DNA from: Octopus bimaculoides
Lineage: Eukaryota
Assembly: GCF_001194135.2 (NCBI RefSeq)
Contig: NC_068983.1
Coordinates: forward strand, 119,350,502 to 119,388,648
Length of the DNA: 38,147 bases
Direction: 5' to 3'
Below are positions 1 through 11,849 of this stretch, piece after piece (position 1 is the stretch's first letter; each line of letters starts with the position of its first letter). The position numbers were made by a program, and so were the translations under genes. A model generated the notes under the pieces. It made no database searches. It saw only the letters and a program-made list of their open reading frames with translations, and was not told where the DNA came from.

Positions 1-14
1 ATATATATATATAT

Positions 15-225
15 ACATAATACAAATAATATGTGAGTATATGCATATATACGTATATGTATGTACATACCTATATCTACATGTATATATAGATGCATAT
101 CTGGGTACAGAACGTCACAAAAAACGTGGACAAAATGAAAAACAGAGCACAGAAAACAAACAGGCCACAAAGAGAATATTTCCTTCATCACTGCTCTTAT
201 TCTAAACTAAGCGTTTCGAAGAATT
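15..225. repeat. Unclassified dispersed repeat, second copy at about 24541-24740
   Basis: Shared GAGTATATGCAT...TATGTACATACC...CTGGGTACA...GGACAAAATGA...GCCACA...CCTTCATCA between the two loci. Confidence 0.65.
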
Positions 226-330
226 AGGGCAATGCATACACGTACACTCACGCAAACACAAACATACATACATACATACACACATACATACATACATACA
301 TACATATCTATATCCCTCCTAAAAGATTCT

Positions 331-960
331 GTATTTCTTCCTGTCGGGGATGGAAGTGATAAAATAATTTGCAGTCAGGTAATTATTTTATCACCTTTAA
401 TTAAATCGACTACAGTCCTGTTCCAAATGTGTGCCCTCGGGACAAAAGTGGAAATTATTATCGTCATCATTATTATTATTATTATTATTACTATTATTAT
501 TCGGCCCTAGTGGCCAATGAATGAAATAATTATTATTGTTATTATTAGGTTCATGAGAGGTGAAGTAATAATGCCTGGTGATACTTAGTAACGTATCTTT
601 ATGTTCTTAAATCAAATGTAACCGAGATTACTTTTGCTTTTCATTCTTACGAATCGATAAAATAACAACTAGTCCAGTGCTGGGTTGAATTTAATCGATT
701 ATACGTAGACATTGAATTTGTCACGTTGAGCCGATTTTAGAAATAGAAAGTTATTCGTTGGATGAGGAATGGCGGAAATGATACAGTTACGTACAAATTA
801 TCACATGGCAGTTAGTTATTTACCTTTATAATTGGTCTGATTGTTCCGAGGCGGACTTTGCCTTTCATTCTTTCGAAGTCGATAAAATACGGAACAGTCA
901 AGTTCTGCAGTAGAGTTATTCGATTGTACCCTTCTCCAAAACGTCACGATTTTGTACAAT
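331..960 (+). mobile_element. Three decayed SINE family B remnants with (ATT)n tails
   Basis: Repeated CTTTGCCTTTCATTCTT...TCGATAAAATA motifs near 630-665 and 855-890, and a similar remnant at 331-490. Confidence 0.45.
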
Positions 961-1359
961 CTTCTTTTTTTATATATTATCATTATAACTAACCTAGAAT
1001 TAAATTTATCTTTCACCTGTTATTTGTTGCAGACAGTATCACAGTTCACAGTAATGCCGTCACCCCATGATTTCATTTCATTCCATTTAGCCGTTACAGT
1101 TGCTTCGAGTTCTTTTCGAACAATAATGCTGATGCACATAATATAATGAGCCATTTGCCCTTCAAATTCGAATTTTCATTAATAAAATTAACATTAACAG
1201 TGGATAGAATATTACATAGTAATTTACGACCAACCGCACCTCAATTACAACTTTGCCACAAACCTATCACTGATTCCTTACATTTTTGATGGCGAAAGTG
1301 ACAAAATATATCTAGGTTTCTTGCCGTTGTTTACATCTTTATCAGTTTACAGAAGCAAA

Positions 1360-1406
<47 letters not shown>

Positions 1407-1407
<1 letters not shown>

Positions 1408-2090
1408 TAGCAGGACCCACGAATATTTCATGGAATTAATAATGGGTTACTCTTGAAAACTTTATCCAAAGGACCTTGAAGGAAATTGGAATACGATGAT
1501 TACTTAATGCACTTTATATATATATATATATATTATGCACTTTATGCACAGTGTTATAGACTTAATACACAGCACTAATAATATGAATAATCACTTTTAT
1601 TTTTCTATTTTTCCATATAAACAGAAAAAATTACATTTTAAAAATTTACATGCTTTCAATTTCATGTCTAGAAATCAAAACTTTTACTGTAAAACAAAAA
1701 TATTTTATATGTAAAATATAGGGTCACAATTTCACAGGAGTAAACATTTAATGCAACATGGCATACTCTGAAAATCACATAGTTGATAACCTATAAGCCA
1801 AGGTGATGGGGAAGAGCCAATACACATTTCAAGTTGCGTACACCTTTCAATCCAATACTTCTTTGCGGACTATGTTCTTCGTGTAGGTTCTCTACTTGTT
1901 TGTCAATGTTGATAATTTTGACTCTCACATCAGATAATTTGCGAACCCTTGAGAATGCAACTTATAGCTAACCATAGCCGAATACAGGTTCAGGCAAGAC
2001 AGCCCCACTTTATCAAATGTATGCCCTTGTGATTTATTGATAGTCATTGCTTATGACAGGCGAACGGGAAAGTGGTTTCTTTCTAAAGTG
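1407..2090 (-). mobile_element. Helitron 3' remnant: Pif1-helicase C-terminus, subterminal hairpin and CTAG end
   Basis: Minus strand 2084-1847 gives FPVRLS*AMTINKSQGHTFDKVG..PEPVF..G*L*VAFSRV...KNIVRKEVL. Imperfect hairpin CCACGAATATTTCATGG near 1417-1433. CTAG at 1407-1410 is followed by T on the element strand. Confidence 0.8.
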
Positions 2091-2474
2091 AATGGCAAGT
2101 TTGGGATGCGTATGCGTTAAGTAATAGGTGATATAAAAAAAAACTTAGTTCAATTAAAAAATGTCTTTCACTATGTATTCACCATCGCCACCTCCACCAC
2201 CACCATCACCACCATCATCACCACCATCATTACCACCATCATTTCTCTCTCTCTCTCTCTCTCTCTCTTTTTCTTTCTTTCTCTCTCTCTCTCTTTCTCT
2301 CTCTCTCTTTGCCTTTCTTTAATCTCACCATCAGAACATCACCCATCTGCTAAAATTATATTCCTAACTCTTCTCTATATCACTACCGTCAACTAACTTT
2401 TTTAACCACACGATAAATATTACGTTCCCCCACCACATGTCACGGACGCTTCTCTCTTCTCATTTTCTGTCTCG

Positions 2475-2560
<86 letters not shown>

Positions 2561-2889
2561 TTCTGCCTCATTCTTCGTCTTATCCTCTTTTCTTCCTCTA
2601 CCCTTTCTTTTCTCGTTTTCTCTTCCCCTTCAACTAATCGCGCGAAAGCGTTACAATTATGTTCCCTCTGCCTACGTCATGGACGCTTCTCTGTCCCTCT
2701 TTTTCTCTCTTCCTCTTTTTCTCTGATCACGTGAAAGCGTTACCAACTGGCTAAGTAACGTAATGGAAAGCAGAATTATTATAANNNNNNNNNNNNNNNN
2801 NNNNNNNNNNNNNNNNNNNNNNNNNNNNNNNNNNNNNNNNNNNNNNNNNNNNNNNNNNNNNNNNNNNNNNNNNNNNNNNNNNNNNNNNN

Positions 2890-3056
2890 TCCTGGTTTTA
2901 AAGGTATTACGAAAGGCCTGGTTCTTTTTCAGGGTTTAGAAAAAATTGTAATAAGTGTGTGAATCTGAGAGGGGAATATGTTGAATAAAATCTTACTTAA
3001 CTGGTCCTCCTATATTTTCTTTTATTCAAAGCCAGGAATTTCTCAGCACTCCCTCG
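2890..3056 (+). mobile_element. mariner 3' end (transposase C-terminus plus TIR)
   Basis: NKCVNLRGEYVE* followed by AAAGCCAGGAATTTCTCAGCACTCCCTCG|TA. The left part is lost in or beyond the gap at 2785-2889. Confidence 0.75.
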
Positions 3057-3098
3057 TATATATAATATATATGTGTATGTATATGTGTGTATATACAC

Positions 3099-3378
3099 AG
3101 AGAGAGGGGGGACGGAGAGAGAATGGGAGAGAGTAGAGAGAGTAGAGAGAGTAGGGAGAGAGAGAGTAGAGAGAGTAGGGAGAGAGAGAGTAGAGAGAGT
3201 AGGGAGAGAGAGAGTAGGGAGAGAGAGAGTAGGGAGAGAGAGAGTAGGGAGAGAGAGAGTAGGGAGAGAGAGAGTAGGGAGAGAGAGTAGGGAGAGAGAG
3301 AGTAGGGAGAGAGAGTAGGGAGAGAGAGAGTAGGGAGAGAGAGAGTAGGGAGAGAGAGAGAAAGAAAGTAGAGGGAGA
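3099..3378. repeat. Purine-rich minisatellite, unit about GTAGGGAGAGAGAGA
   Basis: Tandem 11-15-nt units read directly. Source of the spurious ERVGR and SLPTL ORFs. Confidence 0.95.
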
Positions 3379-4565
3379 GAAAAGGCGGGTTTCCATAGTT
3401 CTCGTCTATCAAATTTCCCATAAGATATTCGAGACTGTGGTAGAAGAGACTTGCACATTCTCCTGCATGGTAGATTCGAAACAGACTTTTTAACTACACA
3501 GCCATGCCATGGCTTGTGCAAAAGAAGATTGCTTTTATAAGGAAAATATATTATTAACATTCAGGAAATTTAATGTTTTCATTAAAAATCAAAAGGATCT
3601 GTATAATCTGGATTTATCAACATATCAATTGAGCAAATTCATTTTGAAAAAGACAAGACTGATCTCAAACCTTACAAATGGCCCTAATTTTAGGAATTAA
3701 AGCTAAAATCTGCCAAATAGAATAGTTCAAGAAGATGCTGATCGCTGGAGTCCAGTACATGAAAAGGAACAGCATACATACAAAAGTTGCTTTTTATTAA
3801 AAGTTATTGTCGTATTGTATTTGACACTGTATATCAGAGAACAACCACCAAGAGTCTACCGTTGTATAGACGGGTTATTTCCCAACACTAAATGAAGGGT
3901 AAATACTAAATTCTCCAATAAAGAACGTCTTTCGATGAAAAATTGAGTTTGAATTCTCTTGTCTACCATATTTGTATGTGAAGTATTTTTGTAGCTTCCT
4001 GATTATGTTTTCAAAATTCCGTACACTTTTACACTTTTTGAAGTGGTATATCTCGTTCAACAACTACATTCCCGATTGTGTTTGATAACAGCAAGATGTT
4101 TAACAAATAGTCACTTGACGTTTTAAACTCTTCATCGAGTTCATTTCCACCAGACTTTGAATAATATGCTGGTGTTACCAACATAAAATGCCGATTCAAT
4201 GGACCACTGAGAGAAGGTGTTGTGAATGTCACAAGCGTAGGATAATATACAGACGAGCGTGTGCGCTGGCGCGCCCGTGCGTGCGTGTGTGAGCTGGTTT
4301 TTCATTGGATGCTTCCCTTTCAAGGAAGAGATATATCTAACTAGGAAACCATCCCATGTCCCTTTTTGTTTACCAAATAAGGAAAAAAATACATCATGTG
4401 ATCTTTATTTATTTAACATGGCTTTCTGTTTCTGTGTTTTGTGGTGGTGGTTAGAGGGGTCTCGTTTCAGTTATAATGTTCTTAATCTTTGCAAATAGAA
4501 TTTTTTATTTCGATTTTGGTTGCATATCTTCAGTACGAAATATTAACGAATCTAATTACGTATGC

Positions 4566-4566
<1 letters not shown>

Positions 4567-4628
<62 letters not shown>

Positions 4629-4665
4629 TAGACAGACAGATAGACAGACAGATAGACAGACAAAC
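4567..4665. repeat. (GATA)n/(GACA)n microsatellite
   Basis: Read directly. Confidence 0.95.
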
Positions 4666-6496
4666 AGACTAACAGGTACAAAAACAGACAAACATACAGA
4701 CATGATTGCATACCTTCTTGAAGATATGTATTTAATGAATCTGACGTCCAAAGTAAACAATCACGCATATGAACACATGTCTACTCACTACAATCATATT
4801 TTCTAATGACGGCTACCATATTTTCGAACAATAACATTATCCGCCATTTTTACCATATTGTCGTTGGCCTCTTGAAGGCTCTTCCAACAGTACAGTTACT
4901 TGTCTCTGTGGCATCAACGCTGTTAACAGCTAAACTGTTCTCAAGTGTTCCGTTTCTTCTTCATTATGATCAAACAAGTAACTTTTAATATATTCATTTC
5001 AATTCAAATAGTAAACGTTTATCTAAAGATGATTAAGATGACTACCAAATAGTAGTCATCATGCATACGCATGATGACTACAACGTGAGATAGTCTATTA
5101 TAGATCAGTCTGTTTGAAAGATTGTCGAACTTGAATAAGATGAATGACAACTTCAATTTGAGATTGAGTGCAAGAATGGTTTCCCGCTGACTTTTCCAAA
5201 TTCTGCAGTTTAAGTTTTATCAGCTTAGAACACATTATAAGCTAACAGAAATTAGATTAATTCGTTAATTAGACAATAAGTTTTTCACTGTAAGGCGTAC
5301 CTCCTCATGATATTTATTTAAAGCTACGTATTGGAGTTGAGAGATTTAAGGGTTTTGACTATAGATATATTGCAGCGTCTATAGATATATTGCAGATATA
5401 TATATACAGGACAACGACGTNNNNNNNNNNNNNNNNNNNNNNNNNNNNNNNNNNNNNNNNNNNNNNNNNNNNNNNNNNNNNNNNNNNNNNNNNNNNNNNN
5501 NNNNNNNNNNNNNNNNNNNNNNNNNNNNNNNNNNNNNNNNNNNNNNNNNNNNNNNNNNNNNNNNNNNNNNNNNNNNNNNNNNNNNNNNNNNNNNNNNNNN
5601 NNNNNNNNNNNNNNNNNNNNNNNNNNNNNNNNNNNNNNNNNNNNNNNNNNNNNNNNNNNNNNNNNNNNNNNNNNNNNNNNNNNNNNNNNNNNNNNNNNNN
5701 NNNNNNNNNNNNNNNNNNNNNNNNNNNNNNNNNNNNNNNNNNNNNNNNNNNNNNNNNNNNNNNNNNNNNNNNNNNNNNNNNNNNNNNNNNNNNNNNNNNN
5801 NNNNNNNNNNNNNNNNNNNNNNNNNNNNNNNNNNNNNNNNNNNNNNNNNNNNNNNNNNNNNNNNNNNNNNNNNNNNNNNNNNNNNNNNNNNNNNNNNNNN
5901 NNNNNNNNNNNNNNNNNNNNNNNNNNNNNNNNNNNNNNNNNNNNNNNNNNNNNNNNNNNNNNNNNNNNNNNNNNNNNNNNNNNNNNNNNNNNNNNNNNNN
6001 NNNNNNNNNNNNNNNNNNNNNNNNNNNNNNNNNNNNNNNNNNNNNNNNNNNNNNNNNNNNNNNNNNNNNNNNNNNNNNNNNNNNNNNNNNNNNNNNNNNN
6101 NNNNNNNNNNNNNNNNNNNNNNNNNNNNNNNNNNNNNNNNNNNNNNNNNNNNNNNNNNNNNNNNNNNNNNNNNNNNNNNNNNNNNNNNNNNNNNNNNNNN
6201 NNNNNNNNNNNNNNNNNNNNNNNNNNNNNNNNNNNNNNNNNNNNNNNNNNNNNNNNNNNNNNNNNNNNNNNNNNNNNNNNNNNNNNNNNNNNNNNNNNNN
6301 NNNNNNNNNNNNNNNNNNNCTTTAAGAATATCATTGGTTTAACACATTACATTAATACTAACAATGATTTTGCGAATACTTCGTCAAATACTTTGTCAAA
6401 TATTTACTATAACTGCAAAATTTCTTCAGAAAACGTTTAATAAAAAAAATGAATAAATTCGATGAAAAATACTGTCTTCCAACCAACACAAAACAT

Positions 6497-6622
6497 TGCT
6501 GTTGTTGTTGCTGCTACTGCTACTGCTGCTGCTGTTGCTGTTGTTGTTGTTGTTGTCGTCGACGACGACGACGACGACTACGATGATGATGATGATGTTG
6601 TCGCTGATGTCGTCGTCGTCTT
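6497..6622. repeat. Compound trinucleotide microsatellite (GTT/GCT/GAC/GAT)
   Basis: Read directly. Confidence 0.9.
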
Positions 6623-7284
6623 GTTATTTAACCTAATGTCAGCTATAAACGAATTGCCAGATGTTGAAAGACAACAACCCATCTTTTAAACAAAAAATAT
6701 ATCTAAGAATAATTTATCCAATGCGTCCTATACAGAAGGGTGAGATATGAAAATGTGGCTGCTATTCCCATCACACCATACATCTGTCGTACAGTGTCCT
6801 GCGTCCGCTCACTGTGATGGTAACAGTGCCATCTTATGGCAAATGCACACAGAGCAGTCACCCGCGGAAGTGGGGCTCCTGGGTCTTACGTGGCCAGTTA
6901 TGGTTTATGTATGATCCAGCTTGCTTCAGAATATAAAAGCCCAAAGAGCCCACAGCACTCATTTGCCCGGGAAGGCCTATAATGTTACTAAGACGACTTC
7001 GAACTGGAATGGAAAGATGTACTTTTCTGGGTATAAACTAGTGGTAGATTTAATCCATTATCCGGTTTAACACCACAGCCCATTGATCATTGGACGCCTT
7101 GAACCGAGTAGATTCAGTTGCACGCATTTGGACCGATCTTCGGTCTGACGATATATATTCTTCATTTCCTCCCGCCAACATTCCTGAACGTGAAAAGAAA
7201 CTTACATAACACAAACATGTATGTATATAAGAATGTAATTATGTATGTCTGTGCATGCATATGTGTGTGTGTGTGTGTGTACAT

Positions 7285-7316
<32 letters not shown>

Positions 7317-7345
7317 AAAGAGAGGAAAACGTATATATGTGCATG

Positions 7346-7378
<33 letters not shown>

Positions 7379-8215
7379 NNNNNNNNNNNNNNNNNNNNNN
7401 NNNNNNNNNNNNNNNNNNNNNNNNNNNNNNNNNNNNNNNNNNNNNNNNNNNNNNNNNNNNNNNNNNNNNNNNNNNNNNNNNNNNNNNNNNNNNNNNNNNN
7501 NNNNNNNNNNNNNNNNNNNNNNNNNNNNNNNNNNNNNNNNNNNNNNNNNNNNNNNNNNNNNNNNNNNNNNNNNNNNNNNNNNNNNNNNNNNNNNNNNNNN
7601 NNNNNNNNNNNNNNNNNNNNNNNNNNNNNNNNNNNNNNNNNNNNNNNNNNNNNNNNNNNNNNNNNNNNNNNNNNNNNNNNNNNNNNNNNNNNNNNNNNNN
7701 NNNNNNNNNNNNNNNNNNNNNNNNNNNNNNNNNNNNNNNNNNNNNNNNNNNNNNNNNNNNNNNNNNNNNNNNNNNNNNNNNNNNNNNNNNNNNNNNNNNN
7801 NNNNNNNNNNNNNNNNNNNNNNNNNNNNNNNNNNNNNNNNNNNNNNNNNNNNNNNNNNNNNNNNNNNNNNNNNNNNNNNNNNNNNNNNNNNNNNNNNNNN
7901 NNNNNNNNNNNNNNNNNNNNNNNNNNNNNNNNNNNNNNNNNNNNNNNNNNNNNNNNNNNNNNNNNNNNNNNNNNNNNNNNNNNNNNNNNNNNNNNNNNNN
8001 NNNNNNNNNNNNNNNNNNNNNNNNNNNNNNNNNNNNNNNNNNNNNNNNNNNNNNNNNNNNNNNNNNNNNNNNNNNNNNNNNNNNNNNNNNNNNNNNNNNN
8101 NNNNNNNNNNNNNNNNNNNNNNNNNNNTGTGTGTATGTGTGTGTGTGTGTATAGGTAGGTTTGTATGTATGTATGTATGTATGTACGTACGTACGTACGT
8201 ACGTATGTATGTATG

Positions 8216-8249
<34 letters not shown>

Positions 8250-8308
8250 TGTATGTATGTATGTATATCTCTATGTATGTATGTATATCTCTATGTATAA
8301 GAAGCTAT

Positions 8309-8480
8309 AAGCGCAGCAGTGGCTGTGTGGTAAGAAGGTTGCTCCGAACCACACTATTCCGGGTTCAGTCTCACTGCGTGGTAACGCGGGCAAGTGTTCT
8401 CTGCTATAGCCTTGGTCCGACCAAAGCCTTATGAGTAGATTTGTTAGACGGAAAGTGAAATAAGCCCGTCGTATTTATAA

Positions 8481-8526
<46 letters not shown>

Positions 8527-8826
8527 NNNNNNNNNNNNNNNNNNNNNNNNNNNNNNNNNNNNNNNNNNNNNNNNNNNNNNNNNNNNNNNNNNNNNNNNNN
8601 NNNNNNNNNNNNNNNNNNNNNNNNNNNNNNNNNNNNNNNNNNNNNNNNNNNNNNNNNNNNNNNNNNNNNNNNNNNNNNNNNNNNNNNNNNNNNNNNNNNN
8701 NNNNNNNNNNNNNNNNNNNNNNNNNNNNNNNNNNNNNNNNNNNNNNNNNNNNNNNNNNNNNNNNNNNNNNNNNNCCCCAGTATGGCCGCTGTCTAATAGC
8801 TGAAACAAGTAAAAGAATAAAAGAAT
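8309..8826 (+). mobile_element. tRNA-head SINE family A copy spanning a gap
   Basis: Head GCGCAGCAGTGGCTGTGTGGTAAG, GGGTTCAGTC, body CCGACCAAAGCCTT...AGACGGAAA, internal (GT)n and gap, tail GGCCGC...GAAACAAGTAAAAGAATAAAAG. Confidence 0.8.
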
Positions 8827-8881
<55 letters not shown>

Positions 8882-9574
8882 GACACACACACATGTATAT
8901 ACCTGTACACATATGAAGATACATATATTCTATCAGCAGTGCTCCTGCATGGCCACATCATATATATATGTGTGTACGTATGTATGTATGCATATAAGCA
9001 TGAACCAGTCTTTAGATATATGTACGATTCGAGATAAACTCACGGATTCACTTTTCAGTAATTTGTTTCTACTTAATGTTGATCGTTTGTCATAATGTTT
9101 TATTGTTATGGTTGTTATTGACGGTTATTCCCTCGTCACCACTTATGAAACCGGCGTTTGATCAAAGACATTTGAAATATGACCATTCCACCTCTTTGTT
9201 AACATGGAATTGTGTAGCCTGGGATGTGATACCCGTGTTTTTTTTAAAGACCCTACAGTGTGAATTAGCTGTTATTTTTTGCGTGCATAAAACTAGTTAT
9301 GTATTGCCTTTTTGGATCGTTGGGAGCAGCGGTAGTCGATACAAAAGACTTGTAGCTTTTGGAAAGATAAAATTGGGAAGTTATGACCGTCATGCTTGTC
9401 GCAAGTACATTAGCGGCAGATTTGTGAAGCGGGTTGACTATTTCAACGACTTGAAGTCTGATATCTTTAGAAATACAGAAATGAGAACTTGTAATATTCA
9501 TGCTTTCCTGAGAATAGTTGATTTGTTTTTGAAAAGACAACGCTAATTTTGAGAGTTGATTGAAACTATTAAAT

Positions 9575-9712
9575 GGTATTTATAAATCGAGTGAGGGATG
9601 AAACACAAAGTTAACACCCGGCAAGATTCGATCTCGGAAAGCAAAGAGACGAAAGTAAACACAGTAATGCAAGTAATCCAGCGCTTTGCCACCGCCTTCG
9701 GGACAATAATTT
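9575..9712 (-). mobile_element. Decayed SINE family B copy
   Basis: Minus strand AAGGCGGTGGC...GAGATCGAATCTTGCCGGGTGTTAACTTTGTGTTTCATCC resembles the family-B head, B-box and body. Confidence 0.45.
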
Positions 9713-10145
9713 ATCGTAGAACATGTTCAATGTCTTTGAACACAATACGATGAACTGCAACGACACACACACACACACACACACACGCACGCACGCACAC
9801 ACACAATTTCCCCATAGAAGTTGGAACATACGCACACATATGTACGTATACACGCAGCGCACTTATCCAAATGCACACGCAGGCAACTGATCCACAAGCA
9901 GCAATGAATAAGTGATACAGACACACGCGGTCACGAGAACAAGCACAGAAAACGAGCGCAGCACGCAGGAATGTACGCACAGAAAGACTGCGTACAACAA
10001 ACAGTACGCAAACTTTCAATGACACACGCACACAAATGTTAACAGATTGACAGAAGGAATTAGGAATATACGAACAAGCGAGCGTTTGGTTAGTTTATAA
10101 TGTAAATTAAAGGGAAAACTGTAAATAGTACTTTCTTACACTTAA

Positions 10146-10191
<46 letters not shown>

Positions 10192-10487
10192 GCGCAGGCG
10201 TACGTGTGTGTGTGTGTGTGTGGACGGACGGACGGACGGACTCGAGTTATGAAACCGAGTAGTCATTGTTCTTATGCCGGACACGTTAAAGAAAGTGATA
10301 AAGAAGACTTGCAAACTTCTCATGTGTTTTCGTTTTTATTTTTGTTTCTGTTTTAACATTTCCCTTTATTTTATATTCTTAAGTCACCAGTCTTATCTAA
10401 GTTTTTTTTATGTGATATTGTTATCGTTTCTAAAATGATAAGTAGCCATCTATATCTAGTAAAATCGCACCTGAACTTTTCACTTAC

Positions 10488-10830
10488 CTTCAATGTTTTC
10501 TTTATAGCCCTTTGTAAAGAACATAATAGCTTTAGCTGCTCTCTCTGGGGTCCGCAATAGTCCTTGTCTGTGAGGATTTTCTCCCAGGTTACTCAAAATA
10601 CCTTTATAATGAGTGGAAAGTGACTTGACAATTTCTTCTTCGCTCATTTCATCGTAGGTGATACTTTCGGTGCGTTTATACCGATTGGGTTGGAACGTTG
10701 AACCTACAGGACTGAAGACATCGCCTTCGCTCTGGGTGCTGGGATGTCGCACAAAAGCTAATTTCCGTAATTGATCCTCAAGTTCCACATTCGGATCTGT
10801 TCGGTAGATTGGTTCCCGATGATTCTCCAT
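10488..10830 (-). CDS. GCH1: GTP cyclohydrolase I, first recognisable coding exon; downstream exons not found in the readable sequence
   Basis: Translation ends [44 protein letters not shown], matching the GCH1 motif ILxxLGEDPxRQGLLKTPxRAAxAMxFFTKGY. It is followed by a donor G|GTAAGT (intron starts at 10487, phase 1), the same position and phase as vertebrate GCH1 intron 1. The ORF-track tail GK* is intron read-through. Confidence 0.93.
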
Positions 10831-11759
10831 TCTTCTATGGAAAGTGTTTATTTATTTACTTTTGTTTTATAATGCTATCGAAATGTATTTTTAAGCAGTA
10901 ATTACGAAGGTTTGTAATAAAATAAAATTTTCACAAAAGAAATTAATCCACTTCTGAGGTCCGGTCAATAAGTAGTATGTTACTATGATACTGTTACGGG
11001 AAGAGATATGGAAATTCATAAGAAGTATGAAACTTCGTAAGAATACATAACGTACATTATGTATGGATGGATGAATGGATGGATAAATTACTTTAAGGGT
11101 TTTAACAAAATATAGACGTATTAATAGATGAATATTATTTGTGGACAAATGTTTTACCTACTTATATATCAGAGTCTATGTTTAAAATTCGTGTTAAAAT
11201 ATCCGTAAAAATGAAAGTATATGTTTATGTACGTTTCGGTGTGCGTATGATTATGTTTGTTGGATTAACTATATGCATGTACAGTTTACATGTATATTTA
11301 CATTGCTGGACTTGCGGTGTTAAACTGACTTCATTAACTTTCTTTTTCATTAATATCAACAATTATAGCATTTAAACGACTGTAATTGAAAGTCTGTATG
11401 AGTTCAACAATTTCTACTTAGAAAAAAATCTTTCGTCCCGCACCAAGAAACTTCAATACACCCAAGTGGAATTGCGTCAATTTTTATATTCGTTCAAAAA
11501 CAAAGAAAAAAGAGGTGATCCAGCCAAATTCAAAAGAATAAAACAAAAACGAATAAATAAAAGTCACCACTCATGTCTCAGAACTGAGGAAGTCTACTAC
11601 TCCACTTGTTGACGACAGAACAGTCCTTTCCACTTAATTCACCAGCAACGAGTAGGTTTATTTCAACAGATACTACTGCTACTTGTTCTGATTCAACAAT
11701 GTAGGAGAAAAGAACCTCCTCGCTCGCTTATCGTGCACAGGTTCTTTACATATACTACT

Positions 11760-11849
11760 CTCGACAGCCTGCTGTTCATACTTTTAAATAGACTCTCTCA
11801 CTGTGTGACGTAATTCCATTTAGCAACAGTTGCTATATGAATGACGCGT
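11760..11849 (-). promoter_or_regulatory. Candidate GCH1 core promoter: TATA-like box with two CRE/ATF-like sites
   Basis: Minus-strand TATTTAAAAG at 11790-11781. TGACGTAA at 11806-11813 and TGACGCGT at 11842-11849 lie just upstream of it in gene orientation. Non-repetitive sequence about 1 kb 5' of the GCH1 ATG. Motif match only. Confidence 0.4.

Noticed and set aside
100-232. CGAAAC and TGATGA words on the minus strand of the dispersed repeat (also about 24700-24740)
   Set aside because: The order is reversed for type I and I could not build compatible stems for type II or III, so it was not called a hammerhead.
3875-4323. Cluster of short minus-strand ORFs considered as GCH1 downstream exons
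   Set aside because: None contains the [8 protein letters not shown], CEHH or later GCH1 motifs.
5324-8961. Long ORFs in the track made of X residues (also at 20.5, 22.0, 25.9, 29.0 and 33.5 kb)
   Set aside because: Artefacts of translating N gaps and flanking microsatellites.
9076-9546. 156-aa plus-strand ORF inside the GCH1 intron
   Set aside because: Starts at a non-ATG codon and shows no recognisable domain, motif or splice context.
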